A stretch of 64,000 nt of DNA from Bdellovibrionales bacterium (lineage in GTDB: Bacteria > Bdellovibrionota > Bdellovibrionia > Bdellovibrionales > UBA1609), in contig CBDHDF010000010.1 in the NCBI GenBank assembly GCA_965261545.1, positions 704,001 through 768,000 of the forward strand, given 5' to 3'. Positions within the stretch are counted from its first letter, which is position 1, and each line of letters starts with the position of its first letter. Shown here piece after piece: positions 10,822 to 19,461 of the stretch. The notes below the pieces were generated by a model, which was not told the DNA's origin, made no database searches, and saw only the letters and a program-made list of their open reading frames with translations. Both the position numbers and the translations under genes were made by a program.

Positions 10822-11748
10822 CTACATACAATAGACGTCATTGCATCTTTCCAATCGATCTTGTACTAATTTAATGAAATCGGGTTCAATATCTATACCT
10901 ACACTGTTCCTACCTGTACATCTAGCGGCCAAGCAAGTTGTCCCAGAGCCGACGAATGGATCTAAAACTGTTTGTTTCTCAGTAGAGAAAAGACGAATAA
11001 GGTGCTCACATAGTTGCACTGGCTTTGGTGTTAAGTGTTTATTGCCATCTTCTCGCCTTTGTTTCTCAACAGTCATCACTGTTTCAGGGACTCGTCCTGT
11101 AATTGTTTGGCGCACGTCGATAAGCCCCGTTCCATGCAATAGCCAATTATCTACAAATGTCCCTTCCTTTGGCTTTTGCGCACAAATAATTAACTCAAAT
11201 TGGGGACGTAATTGCGGAGTTCGACGTCCTCCAATACTTCGAATGACTTCTAATTTCTGTTTTTCTGTCATATCACCACGCTTACGAACAAAATGATCGA
11301 CTGTAAATGCCTTAAATTGTGCGCTCTTTGTGAATCGCCACGCAAAAGAATCTCGAATCTCAAATCCAGCATTTTCAGCAGCTATGGCCGCACGGTGATA
11401 AAGCCTCGGGGCAGAAAACATAAGCATAAATCCGCCGGGTTTTAAAATACGCAATAATTCTTTAGCAATAGGTTCAATGAAAGCTTGTAATCTTTTTCCT
11501 TGATTAGGATCGAATTTCATACCAATAGGCAAGCCGCCAATAACTTTGGCCGCACGATGATTCCGAGAATAATGAATTCTGTCTTTATTCCATTTATCAT
11601 CAAGCCCATTGAGGAAATATGGTGGATCGGTTAAGACCAAATGAACGCTAGAGTCACCCATATCTTTAAGAATATTGCGGCAATCGCCTTTATAAAGTTT
11701 CACTGTAGATGTATGGACAATTGCACTCATTGCCCGCACCAGCTGCAT
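10822..11748 (-). CDS. Site-specific DNA methyltransferase (N4-C/N6-A, beta class), no cognate nuclease seen
   Basis: Motif IV TDPPY near the N-terminus, HLTPKP, motif I DPFVGSGTT near the C-terminus. Confidence 0.9.
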   Translation of the reverse strand: MQLVRAMSAIVHTSTVKLYKGDCRNILKDMGDSSVHLVLTDPPYFLNGLDDKWNKDRIHYSRNHRAAKVIGGLPIGMKFDPNQGKRLQAFIEPIAKELLRILKPGGFMLMFSAPRLYHRAAIAAENAGFEIRDSFAWRFTKSAQFKAFTVDHFVRKRGDMTEKQKLEVIRSIGGRRTPQLRPQFELIICAQKPKEGTFVDNWLLHGTGLIDVRQTITGRVPETVMTVEKQRREDGNKHLTPKPVQLCEHLIRLFSTEKQTVLDPFVGSGTTCLAARCTGRNSVGIDIEPDFIKLVQDRLERCNDVYCM

Positions 11749-11896
11749 GCATTACCCACACTTTCCCTACTTCAATGCCTCATTGATGATTTTTCTTTCC
11801 CTTTTGGGGGAAAATTCTGGTCAAGTTTTGTTTCCTGGATTTTTCCATAACTTTCTCCTTTAAGTGCAATTTTTATGGCGGTATACTTAAAAAGGC

Positions 11897-11922
11897 ATGA
11901 ACTCTTCGTGCGAAGAGTTCAT
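11897..11922. other. Perfect 12-bp inverted repeat
   Basis: ATGAACTCTTCG-TG-CGAAGAGTTCAT. Confidence 0.8.
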
Positions 11923-12009
11923 AGCCCTCTGTACAATTTGCACGCAGCAAAACCACGCCGCCGAGCGCCGAGCCGCAAAACCACGCACGCAAAAAGACTC
12001 CTCTGTACC

Positions 12010-13041
12010 CTAATCGTCAGTGTCATCGCCTTCGTCGGTGTCATCGCCTTCGTCAGCGTCATCGCCTTCGTCAGTGTCATCGCCTTCGTCAGCGTCATCG
12101 CCTTCGTCAGTGTCATCGCCTTCGTCAGTGTCATCGCCTTCGTCAGTGTCATCGCCTTCGTCAGTGTCATCGCCTTCGTCGGTGTCATCGCCTTCGTCGG
12201 TGTCATCGCCTTCGTCAGTGTCATCGCCTTCGTCAGCGTCATCGCCTTCGTCAGTGTCATCGCCTTCGTCAGTGTCATCGCCTTCGTCAGTGTCATCGCC
12301 TTCGTCAGTGTCATCGCCTTCGTCGGTATCATCGCCTTCGTCGGTATCATCGCCTTCGTCGGTATCACATTCGACATCACACTCATCGCCTTCGTCGGTG
12401 TCATCGCCTTCGTCAGTGTCATCGCCTTCGTCAGCGTCATCGCCTTCGGTGTCATCGCCTTCGTCAGTGTCATCTCCTTCGTCAGTGTCATCGCCTTCGT
12501 CGGTATCGGAAGTAGGAACCCCATGAATAGTCATCTCGATATTACGCAAAACAACTCCCAAAGAGTGTTTACCAAAAGTTAAGGTGAAATTCTCAACACC
12601 TCTTGAACCATTTTTGTGGTGCGCACTAAACGTCGCATACTCTGGTTTCTGCTCGTGAATATTTTTGCGCATAAGAGTTGTGGAGTAACTGCCCAACACA
12701 TCTTCCAAATCTTTAAATTGGAAGTCAGAAGACTGTATGCGAGTTCCATGAATTTCAGTCCAGCCGAAACCCAAGCCTTTGCTCTCTATAGAAATAAATA
12801 CTGGCATGCTTTTCTTTTCATTATCTTGCAGGGATGTACAAGTGAGAGTAACTTCACCTTCCAGCATTCCGTAGCCGATGAAAAACCCTGATTCATATCC
12901 ATTGAGTGTGCCATCAATATGACATAATGTCATATCTTCGACATCTCCGGCATCTCCGGCAGAGTGGGATAACGAAAATCCACCAAGAAAGAAAACTACA
13001 ACTGTAATAAAACTATAAAATAACTTTTTCATAATCGACAC
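12010..13041 (-). CDS. Secreted hypothetical protein with a very acidic C-terminal 6-aa tandem repeat
   Basis: Signal peptide MKKLFYSFITVVVFFLGG; beta-rich domain with 2 Cys; about 26 x D(T/A)DEGD; GAGG RBS upstream. Confidence 0.75.
   Translation of the reverse strand: MSIMKKLFYSFITVVVFFLGGFSLSHSAGDAGDVEDMTLCHIDGTLNGYESGFFIGYGMLEGEVTLTCTSLQDNEKKSMPVFISIESKGLGFGWTEIHGTRIQSSDFQFKDLEDVLGSYSTTLMRKNIHEQKPEYATFSAHHKNGSRGVENFTLTFGKHSLGVVLRNIEMTIHGVPTSDTDEGDDTDEGDDTDEGDDTEGDDADEGDDTDEGDDTDEGDECDVECDTDEGDDTDEGDDTDEGDDTDEGDDTDEGDDTDEGDDTDEGDDADEGDDTDEGDDTDEGDDTDEGDDTDEGDDTDEGDDTDEGDDTDEGDDADEGDDTDEGDDADEGDDTDEGDDTDD
12014..12508. repeat. 18-bp coding tandem repeat, about 26 copies
   Basis: Unit GTCATCGCCTTCGTC(A/G)G(T/C), with one 15-bp variant and one interrupting unit (ECDVEC). 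Confidence 0.97.
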
Positions 13042-13436
13042 CTCTTCTTGTTCTTGTTATATTATTCTGTTGTATCAGAATATATTTTTTGTTTAGTATA
13101 AAATACTTTTATTTTATGATCATGTAAACCCCATCGTTTACATTCTCAGAAAATGTTGCTTTACCATAATAGTAGTATGAGATCCTGTGGGTAAAGTCTA
13201 GTTTTTCACTACGACACATGACACAGCAACCCCTTCCAAGATTCATTTTAAAACTGGCACTGCTTGCTATCTTATTTTAAGCTGTACACTTTGATGACAG
13301 TAACTCTATGCAATACAGATGCATCTTGATGTCGATAATTTGAGTCCAATTTGAGGTCCAATTGGGCTCCATCAATGCAAGCAGCTCCTTCCACAAACAT
13401 AGTAACTCATAAAGACTTATGAATAAGATTGAGTCA

Positions 13437-13444
13437 TCCGATAA
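13437..13444 (+). promoter_or_regulatory. Possible sigma28 -10 element upstream of the synthase-kinase-regulator cluster
   Basis: TCCGATAA; the -35 match is weak. Confidence 0.25.
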
Positions 13445-13527
13445 GATAAATGGCTAAAAATGTTAGATAACGAGACATGTATGACGCATCACGCACGCAC
13501 GTCTGTATGTATGATGGGAGGGGTTTT

Positions 13528-15194
13528 ATGCAAGATATAGCTCGGCTTGCAAGGTACAAGAGATTTCGCAAAAAAGAAGATGTCGATCTCAGCATTGTGA
13601 TCTCCACAAACAAGGGTGAACAGTTCACCCTCTCTGTGGAGGACTGCTCTCTCACGGGTATTTTTGCCAAATCTTCCACCGCAGGCATAAACATCGATGT
13701 GAATAGTATCATCCCCAACTCCAAGATCGTATTTCAAAATGAGGAGTACCCCATTGGCCGACTGGTGTGCAAAAGATGTGTGGAGCATGGGGGCACCACC
13801 TACCTGGCCCTTTCTGTGGTGGATATTCGACTTCCAATCTCAAGCTTTTTATCCAAAGCCGTCTCCCTGGACCTTGACTCTGGCTCCAATGAGCTCGAAG
13901 TGGAGCTAAGCGAAAAGGGCTTCACCATTGGTGATTTCTTAACCACAAAGTTTGAAAATCAAGATATTTTTGATCGCTGTTACAAGTTTGAGTTGTTTTA
14001 CAAAACCTATAAGGATAGTGACCGCTTTGCCTATTTCTTTCCCAGAAACTCCATGACGGGGCCACGAATCACTGTGAGAAAACGAGGCCCTCGCAAGGAC
14101 TACCTGATGTTTGGCTCCAATGATTATTTAAATCTCTCCTGCCACCCCGAGGTCATCGAAGCCGCCAACCGTGCCACACTCCAGTACGGCCTAGGATCAA
14201 CGGGAGCCTCCTCCCACCTCGGGCACCACCACCCTCCACCAGGAGTTGGCCGACAAGGTGGCCAGAATGTGTGGACGAGAGGAGGCCCTCATCTTTCCCT
14301 TCGGGTTACAGTGCCAGCCTGGGGATTATCTCAGCCCTGGCCGGGGCCGAGGACCTTATTTTGGCCGACGTGTTGAGCCATGCCTCCCTCCAAGACGGTA
14401 TGAAGCTTTCGGGGGCCTCCTGCCGTTTTTACTCCCACAACAACATGAAGCATTTAGAACGCATTCTCAAAAAGGAGAGAGACAAACACTCGGGCTGCCT
14501 CATTGTCACCGAAGGGATTTTCTCTATGGATGGCACCCTCGGTAAAATCCATGAAATTCTGCCCATTGCTCGCAAGTACAATGCCAGGGTCATGGCCGAC
14601 CAAGGGCACTGCTTTGGGCTCTTGGGGGAGAGGCTTACGGGCACAGCAGAACATTTTGGCATGGAAGACAAACTGGATATCACCATGGGGCTTTTTTCCA
14701 AGGCCGCAGGAGCCTTTGGGGGATTTGTCACCGGCCCCCCCGAGTTGATCCACTGGTACAAAGTTTATGCAAGATCCTATATTTTTGCCACCAGCATCCC
14801 CCCCGGCATTGCCGCCGGAACCCTCAAAGCCCTTGAAATCATGGAGTCGGGGGAGAGGCAAAAAATACTCTTTAAAAACATCGAAATGTTTGTCAAAGGC
14901 TTGGTGGACATGGGGCTTCCCATCGACCCCCAACATAGCACTCCCATTGTCCCCATAGAAGTGGGAGATGAGACAAAAATGGGGGCGATCTTTCAATCCC
15001 TCCTCGAAGGCGGGGTCTATGCCCTCCCTGTGATGTACCCCGTGGTGGCACGCAATCATTGCCGCTTTCGTTTTTCCATCACCTCTGCCCTAACCCCCAC
15101 GGATATCGAGTTGGCCTTGATGGTGCTTAAAAGGGCCTTTGAACAAAACAATTTCACCTTCAAAGAAACAAAGAGAGAGGGAGAAGATTTTTAG
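13528..15194 (+). pseudogene. PilZ-like domain fused to a PLP-dependent alpha-oxoamine synthase (BioF/SPT/CqsA superfamily); two +1 frameshifts (pseudogene or sequencing error)
   Basis: ORFs 13477-14376, 14246-14545 and 14271-15194 join into about 554 aa if single bases near 14207 and 14300 are removed: MFGSNDYL...YGLGSTGAPPTSGTTTLHQEL...FPSGY...SHASL...EGIFSMDG...DQGH...LFSKA; N-terminal RYKR...DCSLTG; GGAGG RBS before ATG 13528. Confidence 0.8.
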
Positions 15195-15266
15195 ATGAAA
15201 AAAAGTAGAAAAAAGGACTCATGGAGTTTTTTCTATGGGCGTAAGTAAGTATGGGTGTAAGTAAGT

Positions 15267-17246
15267 ATGGGCATAAATGAATTATTGATTTCCTTGATGC
15301 TGACCTCTCAATCTTTGATGGGTGTGATCGAGATGCCTGAAAATGTCAGCCCTTGGAAAGTGGAAAAAAAATGGAGCCGAGACCAAGGCCAACTGGAACT
15401 TATCCTTTCCACCAGGTATGGAGACCTTTCTTGCCCCCAGGACTCCCTTCTCGTTTTCCCTCAAATTCTCTACGCAGAGCAAGAAGTTTACGGCAAGGGG
15501 ATCCACCGCTCCCTCAATGCTCCCCACGAACCCAAAAATATCTTTGGCCAAATGAGCATCAAGTGTTCCGACTTAAAATCCTTGGAGCCCAACGATACCC
15601 TCCAGTGGCGCGTGCAAGGTTACTCTCGCTATTTCTCTCACTTCAGTGAAAGCCCCAAGATCAAACCCATTGAAGCCCACCTCAAGGTCTCTGAGAACCT
15701 CTATATAGGTTCCACCCTGGGCCTTTTTCTCTTCTCCCTTCTCCTCTATATGGCCTTTGCCCACAAGGAGAACCTGGCCTTCACCCTCTCCCTCAGTTTA
15801 TCAGCCTTTTTTCTCGCCCTCTACTTTTTTTGGAATGTCAGCGGTGAATTTGGGCTCGTTCTCTCCATGTTAAGTGTCCATAAAATGGCCGACTTGTCCC
15901 TGGTCTTTGGCTTCCTCATGCTCATGATGGGTTTTTACTTTCGAGGCTTTCTCCACAAAAAATTCCTTATTTTATTTTTCGCCATGTGTGGGATTGCCAC
16001 CTTGACCATTGGCCTTGGGGGCAATGGGGACATCATCCAGGTGGGGACAAGCACGCCCTTTATAGCGGCGGCCCTTTGCCAGTTTTACATATGCCATAGC
16101 ACCCTGAGACTCTTTGTGAACAAAAGAGATCCCGTCCATCTCATGGAGTTCTTTTTTGCCCTGATTTTTTCCACCTTTGTTCTCCTTGAAATGTCCATTG
16201 TTATGGGAACTCTCCACATGCCCAGCTACTTTCCCTTGGGTTTGATTTTTGCCTTTCTGATCTTTACAGTTTCCATCAATCGACAGATTCGCAAAACCTA
16301 CAAAGAAAGGGACGAGCTTCTGGACGAAATGGGAGAGAAGATCAAAAGTCGCACCGCCGACCTCTCCCAAGCCCTCAAGGAAAAGGACATCGCCCAAGCG
16401 GAGCTTATTGAAAGTGCTCGATTGGCCTCCCTGGGGACATTGAGTGCCGGCATTGCCCATGAAATCAACAACAGCATTAACTATGTCAATGCCTGTGTGA
16501 TTGGTTTGGAAAAACAAATGAACTTGGCGGTGAGCAAGGACAGTCCTCAACTCCCCATCATCAAAAAACTTCTCAAAACCATCAAGCACGGGGCAGAGAT
16601 CACCATCAGTATTGTTTCCAGCCTTCGATCCTACACGGGCTTGGAACAATCTGAAATGCAAAGAACTTCCTTTGACGATGTGGTGAACTCTGTCACCACC
16701 ATCATTCGGTCCAAAATGGGCTCCATTGAATTTATCAAGGACTACGATCCCAAGGTGCAAATTTATGGCTCCGTCGTGGGACTTAGCCAAGTCATTATGA
16801 ACCTTGTCACCAACGCCCTAGATGCTTTGCCCCACCAAGAAGAAGGACAAATCAAGGAAGAGAGAATCAAGGAAGGAAGAATTAAGATATCCGCCCACAC
16901 AATCGAAAATAGAAAAGATAGCGAAAGTAACGAACATAGTGAAAATAGCGAGAGTAACAAAAATAATAAAGATCATTTTAAAATTGTGATCTCAGACAAT
17001 GGGTCGGGAATGGAGCCCCATCTTGTGAAACATATCTTTGACCCCTTCTTTACCACCAAAGAAGTAGGCAAGGGAACGGGTCTAGGGCTTTATATTGTAA
17101 AAAAGGAAATTGAAAGTCGACACAAAGGGACAATCACCGTGGAGAGCACCAAGGGCGAAGGAACAACCTTTGTCATTGAACTACCGCAACCCCAATCACA
17201 ACGAAAGCCCCAAGCCCACAAGCTTCTTTACAAGGAGACTGCCTAA
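15267..17246 (+). CDS. Membrane sensor histidine kinase (extracytoplasmic domain + about 7 TM helices, 7TM-DISM-like; NtrB-type core)
   Basis: H box AGIAHEINN, N box QVIMNLVTNALDA, DNGSG, FDPFFTTK, GKGTGLGL; seven hydrophobic segments. Confidence 0.92.
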   Translation: MGINELLISLMLTSQSLMGVIEMPENVSPWKVEKKWSRDQGQLELILSTRYGDLSCPQDSLLVFPQILYAEQEVYGKGIHRSLNAPHEPKNIFGQMSIKCSDLKSLEPNDTLQWRVQGYSRYFSHFSESPKIKPIEAHLKVSENLYIGSTLGLFLFSLLLYMAFAHKENLAFTLSLSLSAFFLALYFFWNVSGEFGLVLSMLSVHKMADLSLVFGFLMLMMGFYFRGFLHKKFLILFFAMCGIATLTIGLGGNGDIIQVGTSTPFIAAALCQFYICHSTLRLFVNKRDPVHLMEFFFALIFSTFVLLEMSIVMGTLHMPSYFPLGLIFAFLIFTVSINRQIRKTYKERDELLDEMGEKIKSRTADLSQALKEKDIAQAELIESARLASLGTLSAGIAHEINNSINYVNACVIGLEKQMNLAVSKDSPQLPIIKKLLKTIKHGAEITISIVSSLRSYTGLEQSEMQRTSFDDVVNSVTTIIRSKMGSIEFIKDYDPKVQIYGSVVGLSQVIMNLVTNALDALPHQEEGQIKEERIKEGRIKISAHTIENRKDSESNEHSENSESNKNNKDHFKIVISDNGSGMEPHLVKHIFDPFFTTKEVGKGTGLGLYIVKKEIESRHKGTITVESTKGEGTTFVIELPQPQSQRKPQAHKLLYKETA

Positions 17247-18448
17247 TGGGAACTCGAATTTTATATCTTGATGATGAAGTCCATCAGCACATCTCTCTGG
17301 AGGTCCTCATTCCCGAAGAATGGGAAATTCACTGCTTTGCAGACCCCCTCAAGGCTTTGGACGCCCTCTCAGAGATTGATCCCTGGATTATTATAAGCGA
17401 TCAGAGAATGCCTCATATGCAGGGTTTTCGATTTTTGGAATTGGCAAAAACAATGACCCCTGACGCCATTCGAGTTATCACCACGGGCTACAGCGATGAA
17501 AAATCCATTGTGGAGTCCATTCGCAAGGCCCAGGTCTTTGATTATATTGTCAAGCCCTGGGATACAAACAAACTCTTAAAATCCCTGGAGAGAGCGGCTC
17601 ATTTTTACGAAAGTGAAAAAGAGAAAAAGGAGTTAAACCAAAGACTCCAGAGAAAAAACAAAGAACTCAAAGACCTCTGCGATCAATTGGGCTCTCTCGT
17701 TCGTAGCCATGAAAAAATAGAAGAAGAATTGAAAAGCTGGGTCCACCCCTTTGTCATGCAGGCGGCCGCTGTGAATATCCATTTTCCCATTCAAAAAGAT
17801 ATCGCAGCCCTTGTCATTGATATTATCGGCAGCAGTGAAATACACGAAAAAATCACTGACAATATGCCCCTACGTATTCGAGTGCTACAAACAGCTTGGG
17901 AAATTATTCTTCGCCACGGTGGTGAGGTGGAGTCCCAAGAAGGAGATAAGATCTATGCCAATTTTGGTTTATTTGATTTGGTAAAGCACCCCGCCAACGC
18001 CGCCCTGGCCGCAGCCAAAGAGCTAAGATCAAGTCTCCAAAGCCTCAATGATCACTATGGAACCAGTGTCGAGTGTGGTGTGGCTGTTCATGTGGCCAAT
18101 AAATGCTCTGTCTTTCTAAGAAAGGCTGTTTTAAATACAGAAAGTGGTGTTAAAGTGCGAAAGAAATTTGATACAAGCTCCTTAGATATTGATCTCACCC
18201 ACAGGCTGGAGGACATCACCCACCAACTCCCCGGAAGCAATATCATGCTCACAAGAGATTTATTTGACTATCTAGAACGCCCTCCCGATAAAAACCAAAT
18301 CACTTCCCTGGGACACTATGTTTTAAAAGGCCAGTTGCAACCGGCAGAGTTACTTCTCATTAAATCCAACCGTGTCACCCAAGAAGAAATTGAAGAACTC
18401 AAAAGCAATTACTTATCCCAATTCTCTCTAGAGAAGAAGGTTGCCTAA
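17246..18448 (+). CDS. Response regulator with class III nucleotide cyclase-like output domain
   Basis: ILYLDDE/ISDQRMP/TTG/VKPW receiver; coiled coil; VIDIIGSS, QEGD, GVAVH, DLTHRLE, LKG cyclase motifs; TAATG overlap with the kinase. Confidence 0.85.
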   Translation: MGTRILYLDDEVHQHISLEVLIPEEWEIHCFADPLKALDALSEIDPWIIISDQRMPHMQGFRFLELAKTMTPDAIRVITTGYSDEKSIVESIRKAQVFDYIVKPWDTNKLLKSLERAAHFYESEKEKKELNQRLQRKNKELKDLCDQLGSLVRSHEKIEEELKSWVHPFVMQAAAVNIHFPIQKDIAALVIDIIGSSEIHEKITDNMPLRIRVLQTAWEIILRHGGEVESQEGDKIYANFGLFDLVKHPANAALAAAKELRSSLQSLNDHYGTSVECGVAVHVANKCSVFLRKAVLNTESGVKVRKKFDTSSLDIDLTHRLEDITHQLPGSNIMLTRDLFDYLERPPDKNQITSLGHYVLKGQLQPAELLLIKSNRVTQEEIEELKSNYLSQFSLEKKVA

Positions 18449-18531
18449 GCAGCAAGGCCGCATGCCGCATAAACAGAAGAGAAAGAGCATTGAAGACTTC
18501 TGATAACATGTGAGACCCCTGTTCTCTTTCT

Positions 18532-19365
18532 CTAAAAGCTTTTAATCAATGGCGATGGTGTCAACCTTCGCCATTGAAAAGAGGGGGCCTGAAAGTAGTG
18601 GTTCAAAAAGGGAACCAAACAGGACCCTATCATAAGGGCATAAATCAAACCATTCTCCATAAAGAAATAATAATGGAAGGTAAGGGCTGCGATGGCCACA
18701 AAAGATGAGAATACGACTTGACCCATAAAGTGATGGGGAGCACTCCTAGGGTCAGAAATCATAAAAAAAGCAAAAATTAAGAAAGAACCTTTTAAGGCTG
18801 TGTGATAGAAAACAGCCATTTCGTAACCCAGATAAATATTTCGTATAAGAACTCCTCCCAAGTAAAAGATGAGAAACAACCAAGCCGTATGACTCTGGCG
18901 CATTTGACCAGCGATCAAGCAGCCCACAGCGATGACCCATGCTGATATGGAAATCCCTGAGCCCCATTGTCCCGGTGAAATCCAAGCCTTATTCCACAGT
19001 AAAATCGCAAAGATGCCAAGAGCTGAAGGGTTGAAGATATGTTGGCCCTTGTATTGTAGAAGAAATTTTGAATGGATGGCGATAAAGGCCGCAAGGGGAT
19101 GCATCCATAAGTTATGGCTTCTTAAAAGAAGAACAATACTGAGGGAGCTAATAAGGGCACTGAGAAAACTGTGAGATTTGAGATTTAATTTTTTTATCCA
19201 AAAAAATTGTGTGAGTAGACCCGAAGCCAAGGTCAGAGGAACCTGCATCCATCGAAAAGATAGATCAAACATCCATAGGCCATAAATAAATAGACTCGCT
19301 AGGAATATGATCTGTATATACCTTACGTCTTTGATCAACACCCGCATGTCCTTGGTCAACAACAA
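18532..19365 (-). CDS. RnfD/NqrB-like integral membrane protein
   Basis: HIFNPS, WISPGQWG, FAFFMISDP, multiple TM helices. Confidence 0.75.
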   Translation of the reverse strand: MLLTKDMRVLIKDVRYIQIIFLASLFIYGLWMFDLSFRWMQVPLTLASGLLTQFFWIKKLNLKSHSFLSALISSLSIVLLLRSHNLWMHPLAAFIAIHSKFLLQYKGQHIFNPSALGIFAILLWNKAWISPGQWGSGISISAWVIAVGCLIAGQMRQSHTAWLFLIFYLGGVLIRNIYLGYEMAVFYHTALKGSFLIFAFFMISDPRSAPHHFMGQVVFSSFVAIAALTFHYYFFMENGLIYALMIGSCLVPFLNHYFQAPSFQWRRLTPSPLIKSF

Positions 19366-19461
19366 ATATCCTTACCTTAGCCACAACCGCATGCCCTTAA
19401 TCAATCCAACGGCATGTCTTTGGTCAACAACAGTTTATTGTTTATGCTTATTACTTATTGC

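Noticed and set aside
12014..12508. 18-bp repeat array as a CRISPR array
   Set aside because: Units are contiguous with no unique spacers, the period is a multiple of 3 inside a CDS, and no cas genes are present
11875..12582. ORFs 11875-12582(+), 11919-12524(-) and 12020-12526(+)
   Set aside because: Stop-free shadow frames of the 18-bp repeat; only 12010-13041(-) has a signal peptide, RBS and unique domain
13255..13268. TGGCACTGCTTGCT as a sigma54 promoter
   Set aside because: GG to GC spacing is 8 nt, not the required 10
13528..15194. Naming the synthase cqsA/lqsA or bioF
   Set aside because: It lacks the CqsA-type motif variants as I recall them (SGW, DESHS, SLAK) and has no biotin gene context; only the superfamily is supported
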